This document shows, in pieces, positions 1 through 11,990 of a DNA stretch of 64,000 nucleotides. Under the pieces are notes generated by a model. The model was not told the origin of the DNA and searched no databases. It saw nothing but the letters and a program-made list of their open reading frames with translations. The first letter of the stretch is position 1. Each line of letters begins with the position of its first letter. This DNA comes from Octopus sinensis (taxonomy: Eukaryota): the NCBI RefSeq assembly GCF_006345805.1, contig NC_043004.1:60078001-60142000 (forward strand). The letters are read 5' to 3'. The translations under genes were made by a program, and so were the position numbers.

Positions 1-791
1 GTTTTTATTGAGAGCTCAGCCAGAAGCTTCAAAGTAGTATACCTCACTGCCTAACGCATACTCGGTACAGATGGAGGAAGAATATGAAAATGTCAAAACT
101 TTCTTCAGATACAAAATTATACGTACTACATGTGGGGTGTTTTGGGTCCTTTTGAGATACTTACTTTCTTGCTTGCGTTGCAGGGTGCATATACAAAAGA
201 AATTCGTGCTATCTTTGGCTATGGGGCAGTGGAGGTGTTTATGAAAGTTAATGGAAGGTTGAGTGCCCTCAACGAAATGACATGCAGCTGGGAAAGCAGA
301 ATATTATAAGAGAACATCTTGTAGAACCTGCCAAAATATTTGTTACCTTCACTTCACATAAAAATGTTAGCCCTTAGGTCATGATGGAGAAGGCTTTCAA
401 AACATTCATTCACTCTTTCCGAATCAATCTCAGGCAAAATTTAAGGGTAGCATTTTTACTGTACTCCAAATAAGGATAATGTTGTGTTAAGAAAACCTTT
501 AAAAGGCTATCAGTGATGTCGGCAAAAATGTATGGTGTGCACATCGTGGCATTGTTCATGGTTTCGGAGCATGAAATGTTGCATGCAAGAAGAGAAGGTT
601 TCATCCCGAATATTTTTCATTACGGACATTTGAATTTTGGGAGAGGGATCTTCCAATTCTACGAGATAGATGGAAGATCATATTAGAAAATGAAATAGAG
701 TATATTTTAGATTAAAAAGAGGATTTTGTTCATCTTAATTTTGAAAAATAAAGGAAATATAAAAACGCACTATTTATGTGATGACCCAATA
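1..791 (+). mobile_element. Decayed mariner-like transposon, 3' part with right TIR
   Basis: Frame-shifted remnants resemble mariner transposase: DNVVLRK, VWCAHRGIVH, and YFSLRTFEFWERDLPILRDRWKIILENEIEYI* (C-terminus). Ends in TIR-like aaacgcactatttatgtgatgacccaa followed by TA (~790). Confidence 0.6.
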
Positions 792-1478
792 TATATATGT
801 ATATATATATATGTACCTGTATTTGATTTGTTACCCTTCACCGTTTGTGAATCTGTATTGGTGTCTTTACTTCCATGTACTTTCTTTGCTAGGTTCTTTT
901 GTGGTTCGGCAAAGGGGACCGAAAGTGCTAGAGTTAATATTAAAAAGCCTAGAAAGCGGTGTCCCAACACATATATGTCACTTGCTGTAAGATAAAATAC
1001 GAATACATCGTACTTTTGTAAATTTTCCTTCCTGTAGAATCTGAAAATATCTGTTCTTTTGTTTTTTACCTTCAACATTTCTATATTAATAAAATGAAGC
1101 GAACATGTTAAAATTATAAGTAAATTTATTACTAATACTCAATAGATGTTCTGGCAGCAAACTACATGTTGTATGCGACTGAATGTAAAATTTGGATAGA
1201 AAATACGAATTTCAGCGTCAGAAAAACTTCTTTTAATTTAATTAGAAAATAATGTATAGAGTAAATTAAAAATGTAGGTGTATCAACTCACCTAAACATT
1301 GCTACTGATATAGTTATTCTGCCACAAATGATATCATATGGTTTCCGACGATAGATACTGATTATGTGGCCTGAATTAATTCAAAAAATAAAATAACAAA
1401 ACAAAAAAAAAGAATACTAAGATAGCAAAATCTCTATAGTAACATGGAAAATGCGGTGCAGTATTTATTCTACTTCTG

Positions 1479-1695
1479 GGCGGCGAACTGCCAGAAACGT
1501 TAACGCATCGGGTGAAAGGCTTAGCGCTACTTTGTCTGCCGCTACGTTCTGAGTTCAAATTCCGTCGAGGTTGACTTCGCTTTTCATCCTTTCGGGGCCG
1601 ATAAATTAAGTATCAGTTGCGTACTGGGGTCGATCTTATCGATTGTCCCCCTCCCTAAAAATGTCAGGCCTTGCGTCTAAAGTGGAAAAGAATAT
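1479..1695 (+). mobile_element. tRNA-derived SINE family A
   Basis: ggcgaactgccagaaacgttaacgca...gttctgagttcaaattcc...tttcatcctttcgggg; homologous to copies at 15335, 23242, 41751 and 50098. Confidence 0.85.
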
Positions 1696-2239
1696 TTGTT
1701 CCATTTCTTTCCGTTCTGAGTTCAGGTGACGCCAAGATCGACTCAGCCTTTCATATTGTTCGATGATAAAATAAAGAACCAGTCAACATCTCAAGTTGTT
1801 GCATCGACTGAAACTTCTATTCAGAAATGCAGATTTCGTACCTCAATTAGAATAATCTACTCTTTGCAGAGATATTTATGCGATTTTTTCTTTAATATAT
1901 CCTGCACAGTATTTGATATAGCTGAAACCTGACCACGTATTCCTACCAGAATTAACATTCATACACCATCATTAATATGTTGGGTTTTAAATAGATTAAC
2001 GTCAGTCAGAATTCATGTTTATTCTCCGCGTCTTTCTGATTTTCTACTGTGTTTTTTGGTAAAGAAAGACGATTTTTTCTTTATATGTTTCTTTAAACAC
2101 CCGTCGAACTGCGATATTTTTAAATATCTATTTTTAACAAATATTTGTCATCTTCGAGTCATAAAAAATACTCCGCTTTCAAATTGGGCCTTTTCATCAT
2201 TACTATTACTGTTGTTACAGATCATACGCATTATAATAT

Positions 2240-2450
2240 TGATTTCAAATATTGACCAAAGGCCAGCAAATTCGGATGAGGTATGAGTCGATAACATCAA
2301 CTCCACCGCTCAACTGGTAATTGTTTTTCAACTCCGCAAGGAGGAAAGGCAAAGTCGACCACGGCAGACCTTGAAGTCAGATCGTAAAATCTGGCGAAAT
2401 GCTACTAAGCATTTTGCCTGGCGTGCTAACGATTCTGCTTTCACGCAGCC
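2240..2450 (-). mobile_element. SINE family A, diverged
   Basis: Reverse complement matches family A (gaaaggcaaagtcgacc...ggcgtgctaacgattctg). Confidence 0.75.
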
Positions 2451-2474
2451 TTTCAGGTTAAGTATAAAATAGAT

Positions 2475-2680
2475 TTCAAGTTTTTACACAAGGCCTTCAA
2501 GTTCGGAGGAGTTAGATCGATTACATCATCCCCAGCGTTTGATTAGTACTCTTCTTATCGACCCCGAAAGGATGAAAGACAAAGTCGGCCACGACAGAAA
2601 TTGAACTCAAAACATGAGACAGACGAAATGTCATTCATCATTTTTCCCGGCATGCTAAGGATTCTGCCAGCTCCCTGCTT
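2475..2680 (-). mobile_element. SINE family A, diverged
   Basis: atcgaccccgaaaggatgaaagacaaagtcgg...tgctaaggattctgccagctc is the reverse complement of the family A body. Confidence 0.8.
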
Positions 2681-3437
2681 TCCAGGCTGAGTATAATATT
2701 GACAGCCTTAATATGTCGTCCGTATGTTTATTCTGTAAGGTGATACATGTGTTTTTCAATCCACGTAACTAGAATCGTTTGGCTCAGGAAGAAAAATGTC
2801 ATAAACAAGTTTCTTCTTTCCAATATTTTAAGTGACACATTTTATTGTAAACACTTCAGAAATACCAGACATTTTTCCTACATTATTAGTCTTCCCACAG
2901 AGAGATGCTGCAATGAAGACATACATTGCTGTACTCGTTGCGCAGTAGTTACAGCAGGAAAAATAAAACTAGAAATATAATAAAAATAGTTTCCGCCACA
3001 AAAGTCGGGAAAAGTGATGTTTATGTTCGTTTGCAATAATATTTCCTAAAGTAATGTCAACATGCTTTTTCGGATCGAAAACCGTTGCCAAAACTATTTA
3101 CCCGTCACACTGTTAAAGAAAACGTCTGTAATACTGGGAGGAAAAATAATTGCATATACATATTTACTAATAACCTGTTGATAAAATTCTTCAAAGTTGT
3201 AAAGAAAGGTTGACAGAATTATAGGAATACATGTTTGAGCGAAATTCACTTGTATGATATCAGCTCACTGTATACCGCATATGATCTTAAAAGGTAGGTA
3301 TTAGACACAAGTCTACACATAGGTCTAGTTTTAAAATAGCAAAAACAAAAAGGAGTAATGAATGGCAGTGCTCTTTTCATCGGGTAAGGAAGTGGGAGAG
3401 ACGGGTATATAGGGAAATGTAGATATGCAGTGGTGGG

Positions 3438-3740
3438 GGCGCAATGACCCAGTGGTTAGGGCAGCGGACTCGCAGTTGTAGGATCGCAGTTTTGATTCCG
3501 AGACCGGGTGTTATGGGTGTTTATTAAGCGAAAACACTTATATATACACGAGACTCCGGCAGGAGGTGTTGGTGATCCCTACTGTACACTTTTCAGCACA
3601 ACTTTCTCTCCCTCTTTCTTCCTGTTTCTTGAGTAAAGCTGAGATGGACTGGCGTCCCGTTCAACTGGGGTGAGCACATACGAAATGGAAACCGGGTAAC
3701 CGGGAGGCTGGCTAGGCTTGAAAAGGGCGCATAAATAAAA
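3438..3740 (+). mobile_element. tRNA-derived SINE family C
   Basis: Head ggcgcaatgacccagtggttagggcagcggactcgcagttgtaggatcgc with A/B-box-like motifs; homologous to 54158 (+) and 24640-24945 (-). Confidence 0.85.
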
Positions 3741-3770
3741 GAAAAAAGATATACAGAGAGACAGGCACAT

Positions 3771-3814
<44 letters not shown>

Positions 3815-5132
3815 AGACACCATCAAAAACAAAGTGAAAAAGAAAATATGACAACATAGGATTTTGATTATTCCAGACTATTTTCGCTTTCGTATTGAAG
3901 TATTTTCTATTTAGCATGAACGTAGTTTCGGAATATTTTAGATATGAAGGAGAGAAATTCTAGAAAAGTGAAAGTATGACACTATGGCATCTTAGTGTAC
4001 ACATGTTGCTGCTGCTCAAGTCATGCTATGCAGACATAGCTGAGAGCCGCCGATTGCATTCTTAACGCTATTGCTGTATGATGTATACAAAGAATAGTTA
4101 CGTTACTAGATATTTTGCTCTAGGTTTGAATTTTAATTCAAAAACTCTTTTCTCTTTTAAATATTGAATATACAAATACCCACAATCCTATAAACGAAAA
4201 GCTGCAAATTTTCATCAGGTTTTTTTATAAGATATAACAAAATTTTAAAGCTGGTGTTCATTAAGTCTTAAAAAAATTTTTTTTTTCTCCGAAATGTACA
4301 CAGGTGTGAACCGGTAGGCATCAATCATTTGGATGGATTAGATAAGGTTGTCCATTGCATACAGGTGCCAGTCTCTTGAACAGTATATCATTGCGGTTAT
4401 ATTTACACAAATGCATACAACATGGTCTAAGATTGCTTCATCTAGCATCTCAACATAGAAAAACGTAAATACTTGAAGAATAATGGACTAACTTGACACA
4501 CAGAGTTTTACAGCAGAAGGCATACGGCACATCTATAGAAGCATGCATGCATCAACTGATGAAATATGCTAATGAATCATTGCAACCACATAATTCATAA
4601 ACAAATCTCTGCTTTATATCCATTGACGTATAATAACAAAATTAAGAGGGAACACGAGAAGTATAATGAGTTTTATGTACCCCACATTGAATATCATAAG
4701 AAGAACATAGTGTGTTAAAATAACTCTCTCTCTCTCTCTCTCTCTTTCTTTTCTTTCTTTCTTTATTTATTTCTTTATTTCTCTGTCTGTGTCTGTGTGT
4801 CTCTCTCTTTATACATGCATACATGTACACATGCATGATTACATACATACACACTCATTAAAATACATCCAGACAAAACGCACACATACACATATACATA
4901 TATAAACACTCACACCTCTGTGCATATGTGTGTGTGTGGTTTTGTGTGTGTAAATTTAGTTTCGATACTGAATTTTGCGTCGCTTTCATCTTCAATAACT
5001 GACTTATAATTTCCTAACACATTCGGTTTTTGACACTCTATTTTAATCTTATAAGCAAACACAAAAACACTTCTAACTTAAGTATATGAAAGTGTAGAGA
5101 CAACTTTATAGCTATGGATATAGAAACATAAT

Positions 5133-5320
5133 TTTCACTTGTTTCAGTCATTAGACAGCGGTCATGCTTGGGTATCATCTTCAAGAATTTCCATTTGAAC
5201 GAATCGACCCCAAAACTGTACTTATTCTACAGTCTCTTTTGACGAAACTCTAAGTTACAGAGACATAAACAAAGCATCACCGCTTGTCAAGCAATGATGG
5301 TGGACAAATACAACGAAAAA
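5133..5320 (-). mobile_element. SINE family B, 3' half, diverged
   Basis: cttgtttcagtcatt...gtctcttttgacgaaac...gcttgtcaagcaatg matches the reverse complement of the 3' half of the 49080 copy. Confidence 0.65.
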
Positions 5321-7394
5321 CATTGCAGCCACGTTAGCAAAGCGAATCTACAAATTCCTAAGACAAGGGACCAAAGATCAAGTTTAGGAGGGCCAAGTGG
5401 ATGTATGTGACTGCAAAGGCACATAAAACAATTATAGGCACTATGCTACAAGCTTACAAGTCATGCTTGCTAATGAGTCCTATGCTTCAATTTAGTTATG
5501 CTGGTTTTGTCATTGCACATAAACTAATTAAACCTAACTACAATACAGCTCAATATAAAGAAAATTAATTTCTATATTGCTCAATGTAAAGTAATTTTAT
5601 TTCCAGGTAACTCGTGTTCTTATGACCACGTCTAATCGACCAAATTAACAGCATATAGTTAAATGGTTGCTATTGATTAAAGGTGTGCGCACACCTGTGT
5701 AGAAGCTCTATTATCAAAGCCATTCTAGTATTTAGAATTCCGTTCGGGAATGACTGGGATTATATCTTCTAATGATCCTATCACTATCTATTCGGGTAGG
5801 GTTTGATTTGACAAAGAATAGCCTGCTATTATTAATATGTACTGCAACTGAATATTGGTCCTCCATTCCAGTTGCTACCGATGGAGGGACAAGAATTGTG
5901 AAGGATAATTTTGTTTTCTTTATGGTTTAGACTGAAAAGCACAGGAAGCACCCATTGCTGTAATTGTTGGTCCTTTTAAGTTTTAGTTATGTCTGTAAGA
6001 ATTAGATCAAAGAACAACATACTCCTGTTATGTAATCAAATCCTCCTCTATTTCACACATCTCTGAATCGATTTCACGTAGAAACCATAAAAAGCTGTGT
6101 TTCAACTTTGACCCCAACGTTAAGCTTTACATTAATCAATGAACACAAACAGAAAGAAGAAAAAGCTCCATGGATACTCCACACCCTCACGTATAACAAA
6201 TCTTAGACTGACCCACTTTTCCTGTACCTCCAGTAGCCTCTCAGCAGAATATTCATGCATGCAGCTAAGAAAGATACCAATAAATGTTACCTACATATTT
6301 TTATAAGAACAACTCAGCCCAACAATGATAGCTTCTCAAATGAGAAAACTGTATTAGTTAATGCATCCCTAGATATCTCTAGGCAGATGTGATCATGTGT
6401 TTCCAGATAACTGGTTGATACACTAAAATTCAGCTAAAACAGGAGGAGTTTATATTTACAACATAATTATATGAAAGAAAACTTAGACGGATTTTCACAC
6501 ATTAAGAACGTATTTTACTCATAAGATTTTGATGGATCGAAGGCTATGCTAGGACACACTTGTTCGAAATACCCTGCAGTTAGAACGAAATTAAAACCCC
6601 GTAGTTGTAAAGAGACCTGTTTAACAGCAAATCATTCATTGTGATTATGCTATGTTATTTTGATACTATTGTAATGATAGTGCAGTACTAAATGACAACA
6701 TTGATATTGATAATGCAATTATCAATGTTTCGCTGTGTTTAGTCGTGAAAGTTGCCTCGTTTCCATTTGTACTTTAATAGCTGTGTCAGCAATATCGCAA
6801 ACAATGCTTATTTCGCGACAGTATTTTGTCATCATATCAGTATATTCTTTGTTTTTGAAAGTTTTCATTTTATTTTTTTATTTTAGAGCCGAAGACAAAA
6901 TAACATCAGATTTAAACGAGTTTGTAAGAATGTTTTATATATATCTGACAAGAGATTTTCTAAAATTATCATTGTACCATCTTTTTGTCAAACACACGAC
7001 TTGTTTAACACTTGCTTTTATATATCTCAAGACGATTCACCTATTAGCAGATCTGAGATTTATTATTATATCTAGAAATCTTATATAATACCAAAACAAA
7101 CAACTATTCTGTTTTCTATTGCTGTGTAAGAATAAATCACAATAGAGTAATAATGAAAACTTCTAACACAAAAAAGGCCATAGTTTTCGAAAAGGAGGTG
7201 TGATCAATAAAATCGATTCCAGTGTAAGTCTAGTTCTTGAAGAATCAATGACCATGAAAAGTTGTCTTGAAAAAACAATCACAATGCAAAGAATGTAGGA
7301 CTAAATACTGGATGATAGTTATTCTCACTTTCTACGATATTTGTCGCTCAAAGTTTCGAATTAATAATGATTTCTTTTATAATAATGATCTGAA

Positions 7395-7470
7395 TTCTAA
7401 ATACTACTACTATTACTATTAGTACTATTGCTGCTGCTACTGCTGTTGCTGTTGTTGCTGCTGCTACTAT

Positions 7471-7527
<57 letters not shown>

Positions 7528-7537
7528 AACAACAACA

Positions 7538-7584
<47 letters not shown>

Positions 7585-7594
7585 AACAACAACA

Positions 7595-7680
<86 letters not shown>
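7395..7680. repeat. Compound trinucleotide microsatellite (CTA)n/(CAA)n/(CTG)n/(TAA)n
   Basis: Directly visible; produces the poly-L, poly-V and poly-S ORFs. Confidence 0.97.
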
Positions 7681-7681
<1 letters not shown>

Positions 7682-7930
7682 CGTTGTTTCATGTGCAGTC
7701 TTCTTGCGCCTACAGTGTATCTCATGAGGAATGGTAGAGCAGCACAATATATTCACTGAGTAATATGCAAAATCCTAGACCTGTCCCATGATAAAAACTG
7801 GTGGAAACAAAAACCATCTTCAGTGCTTGAAAATGATCTCGTCTCACTGATTTAGAGCTTCACCATTCAAATTGACAGAAAGATAGATGCGAATAGGCCA
7901 GACATAATATTGAAAGACTTTAGGCAAAAA
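7681..7930 (+). mobile_element. Non-LTR retrotransposon with restriction-like endonuclease (Dong/R4-like), 5' segment of fragment
   Basis: Translates CSLLAPTVYLMRNGRAAQYIH*VICKILDL...WWKQKPSSVLEND...TIQIDRKIDANRPDIILKDFRQK, i.e. the CCHC/RHD region and PD nuclease motif of RLE elements, with in-frame stops. Confidence 0.85.
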
Positions 7931-9081
7931 TTTTGGAATTTATTGCATTTTAAAATTTTGGAATCTATTTTTTTCGAGAATTCTATTGTTGAATCAGTTT
8001 GGAATCTTTTTTTCGAGTTAATTATAGTTAAATTTTGCTTATTTTCAGATCATTAAAATGGAATGTCAAGTTAAGAAAAACGTGTTTTTCCGACACCTCC
8101 TTCTTTTTGATTTTCATCAAGGTTCTAAGGCCGCAAAAGCTGCTTGCGACATTTGTACTGTGTATGGAGAGAGTGCCATAGATGACAGAATCACTTGTGG
8201 TTGGTATGCCAAGTTCAAAATTTTGAACTTGACCTCAAAGACTAACTCGTTCTGGCCGTCCAGAAGGGAACTGGCAGCGAAAATGGAATGCTCCCACACT
8301 TCTATAGAGAAGCATCTTCACTCGATCGGAAAGTTTCAGAAATATGGAGCATGGGTTCTGCATTCTTTAAGTGACAACAACAAAAATCAACGAGCCACAA
8401 TCTCCGCTGGTTTGCTTGCTCGTCACCGCTCAACTCATGGACACAAGCAACGATTTCTTTACCGAATCGCTACTGGCGACGACAAATGTTGCCTGTACCT
8501 CAATATGAAGCAGCATAAAGAATGGCTCAGCCAAGGTAAACAAGCGACACCGCGCGTGAAACAAGATCTTCATCCCCGTAAAACGATGTTGTGCTTATGG
8601 TAGGACTGAAAATGGTTTATCCATTACGAATTGCGTGAATGGAATCAAATGGTCAAAGCGGAACTTTATGTTCAACAGATGGAACGTCTCAACACGGCTT
8701 TCAAGAGAGAATACCTAATCGGCAGCATGGAGTTCTTCTGCTGCACGACAACGCTCGCCCTCGTATCACCAATATGACCAAGGAAGCCTTTCAAACGCAT
8801 GGCTGGGAAGTGCTGCCACACCTGCTGTACTGTCCTGATGTGGCACCAACGGATTTCCACCTCTTTCGATCTCTTTCAAATGCTATATGTGGAGTTTCGT
8901 TCAATACTGATGCAGAATTGAGAGCTTTGCTGGACCAATATTTCGAGTCGAAGTTGGGTGATTGAAAATCTTATAAACAACAAGGATGAATACATTATTG
9001 ATTAATTAGAGGTTATTTTTATTAAACCTTTTAAAAAATTTTAATAACAAAAACGGCTGGAACTTAGTTTCCAACCTGATA
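7931..9081 (+). mobile_element. Mariner (DD34D) transposon, 5'-truncated and defective
   Basis: Right TIR aaaaacggctggaacttagtttccaacctga plus TA (9080-9081); no left TIR found; internal transposase remnants present. Confidence 0.92.
8058..8965 (+). pseudogene. Mariner transposase pseudogene
   Basis: ORFs 8058-8603 and 8639-8965 contain WVLHSLS (WVPHEL-like), IATGDD, HDNARP and YCPDVAPTDFHLFRSL; 34 residues lie between the second and third catalytic Asp; stops, frameshifts and deletions are present. Confidence 0.93.
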
Positions 9082-9444
9082 GAACCTCAAGATTAAAACA
9101 ATACCTGTTGTCATAGGTGCCCTAGGAATGATAGCAAAAGGGGCTCACATCTACCTAGCTCGATACCAGGAAACCAGAAAATGACAGAAATTCAAACAAT
9201 TGTGCTCATGGGAACTGCCCATGTCCTACGTAATATACTGTCTACGTAATCTCAAATTTTAAAACAAACTTTAAATTGTCTTATATTTTCTTAAACATTC
9301 ACTAGAACAATACAATGTACAAAACCAATTATATGACACCCTAAGCATAACACCAAAATGAACTTCTAACTTGTTGTCACTTGCGGTCTCTGGGTCAGAT
9401 TTGGAGTCAACTTGTACAAATACATAGCAAGTGTCGGGTATATG

Positions 9445-9480
<36 letters not shown>

Positions 9481-9530
9481 TTAATAATAACAACAACAAC
9501 AACAACAACAACAACAATAATAACGATAAT
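9082..9530 (+). mobile_element. Dong/R4-like element, 3' end with 3' UTR and (TAA/CAA)n tail
   Basis: NLKIKTIPVVIGALGMIAKG...TEIQTIVLMGTAHVLRNILST* is the typical RLE C-terminus; ~200-nt UTR, then (TAA)n from ~9445. Confidence 0.88.
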
Positions 9531-10400
9531 AATCGATTCCATTTTAAGTACAACGGCAGTAGTTTACAGGACAAGATTTTAGTAGATACATTGAACCAAG
9601 TATTCATTGAACCAACTGGTACTTTATCTTATCGACTCTGGAGAAATGAATTTCAGTTATTTTTGCAGAGATTTGAAATTAAGGAATATTTTGCAATTCA
9701 TCTTGTCCAATGCCAAACTATTCTGCCTATCTACCTAATACTCGTAAAATAGCTAATATGCGAATGATCTTTCTGGAGGGATTTTAGTTGATAATAGCTG
9801 TTCGACATGTCAGCTCTACAAGTTAGTTATTCTCGGTTACAGCATGAAAGTATGAATAACAGTTTAGTTGATCCGTGACCAACTCAGGTTGGACTCCCGG
9901 GATGGCTGGAATTATCATCAGACTAAGGAACATGCTTCCAGTTTTTGTTTTTTTTTCAATTCACTATACTGCTATCAAATATTAATTGCATTCCTGACTG
10001 AACTGATTCGGCCTATTGCTCGATGAACCGATTTGGAGTGAGAATTCAGAGTTACAACATACGCCTCAGAGTATCATGTCTCAAAATGTTTGAAATGTCT
10101 CCAATCTCTGTATTTTTGTCTCCTAGAGAGCATTAGGGAAATGGCAGCAAAGTGAATATTCAAATACGGCATTTACTGTGATAATTACGTCTTGTTAACA
10201 TAAAATATTACCTCATTAGCGATAAATTGTACACGCTGCGGTTTATTTAATATAAATACTTGACATTTTATGCTTTAGGAGTTTCGATTATTAATTTTAT
10301 ACTTTCAAATCGATTCTAGTAACTGAAAACTCATAGCATCGCAATATGATGATTTGGTATATATAGGGTAAATTGAATTTTCTTTCTTTTGTATTGCTAA

Positions 10401-10482
10401 TTCTTCATTACACGTGTTTCATTTGGTAATAGGAGTTACAAAGTTTAAGTAAATTCCCATCAGAAATTCGTCAGACAAAGAA
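10401..10482 (-). ncRNA. Putative type-I hammerhead ribozyme
   Basis: Minus strand reads ttctttgt CTGACGA [47-nt helix II] GAAA c acgt g TA atgaagaa. Helix I is 8 bp (2 G-U), helix II starts attt/aaat, helix III has a palindromic loop, cleavage triplet GUA. Confidence 0.72.
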
Positions 10483-10838
10483 GTAATTTTTTAAACTTTA
10501 ACTATGGATACATATTGTAATAATAGAATAAGCAAATATCTTAGTATGTACACATTCCCACTCTCAAACACACTCAGTAGAACTCCAATACAAATGCAAC
10601 ACCTGGCACAAACACAATGTTCACAGTGAAAAATAGTATAAAACAAATCAGATTTTTGAAAAGAATGTAGGTGAGTAAATAACCTATAAACGAATATAGT
10701 GATACTATTGTGAGAATACCTAAAAGCTATCACTAAGTATAAATATATCTCATGATATACCATATATATATATTATTATTCTCTCTCACTCCGTCTGTCA
10801 GTCTATCACTCTCTTTCTGTCTCTTTTTCTCTGTCTTG

Positions 10839-10898
<60 letters not shown>

Positions 10899-11506
10899 TA
10901 ATTATATATCATATATATATATATATATATACGTATATATACTTATGCATATATTAACATATTTATCGTATTATATGTGTGTGTGTGTGTCTTTCTGCGT
11001 ATATATACACACTCATTCACACACAGAGAGTAATATATCATTGCATGTGTATAATTATTCTTTTGACGTGAACATTTAACAAATTAAACATTTCTCACCC
11101 TTTATGATGATTTCAATCGAATTCTCTATTTCTTCGTTTATTCAATCTATTTACTTAAATATTTATTTAGTTCCATATGCTTTTCTAAAATGCATTTAAA
11201 TAATTGGATAACATATCTCGGTTATTTGTATGTCGGCTTATTTCATGCAAGACATAACATCATTAGTAGAAAGTAGAGGTTAATCTAATATTATAGCGTT
11301 GTGTTCACTTCAGTATTCAGTTAGTATGCTTTAATCGTGACGGATTTCATCAATAATTTTCTTAAACTAGTGGCATGCCTCTTGTTTCTTTTGTTCATAT
11401 TTGTAATAATTGAAAAGTAAAATCACCCGCTACGTCGGAACAATTGAAATTACATTGCTAGTTTATGTAATTGATCATAATGAAGATTATTTGCAATATA
11501 TTTTGC

Positions 11507-11509
<3 letters not shown>

Positions 11510-11581
<72 letters not shown>

Positions 11582-11692
11582 GTATATATATATAGATATA
11601 TACATTCATATATTTACATATATATATATATGCATATATATTTACATATATATATATATATGCATATATATATATATGCATATATATATATA

Positions 11693-11735
<43 letters not shown>

Positions 11736-11765
11736 TATATATATATTACATATATATATATATGA

Positions 11766-11803
<38 letters not shown>

Positions 11804-11990
11804 GTATATATATATATTATATATATATATATATAGATAGATAGATAGTTAGATAGATAGATATAGATATATAGATATACATATACATACACATATACAT
11901 ATATACATTTACATATAAATATATATATGCATATATATATATGTAAATATATGAATGTATATATCTATACATATATATATACGTATATAT
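11510..11990. repeat. Long interrupted (TA)n array with (GATA)n block and internal inverted duplication
   Basis: Directly visible; ~11576-11640 recurs inverted at ~11922-11988. Confidence 0.93.
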
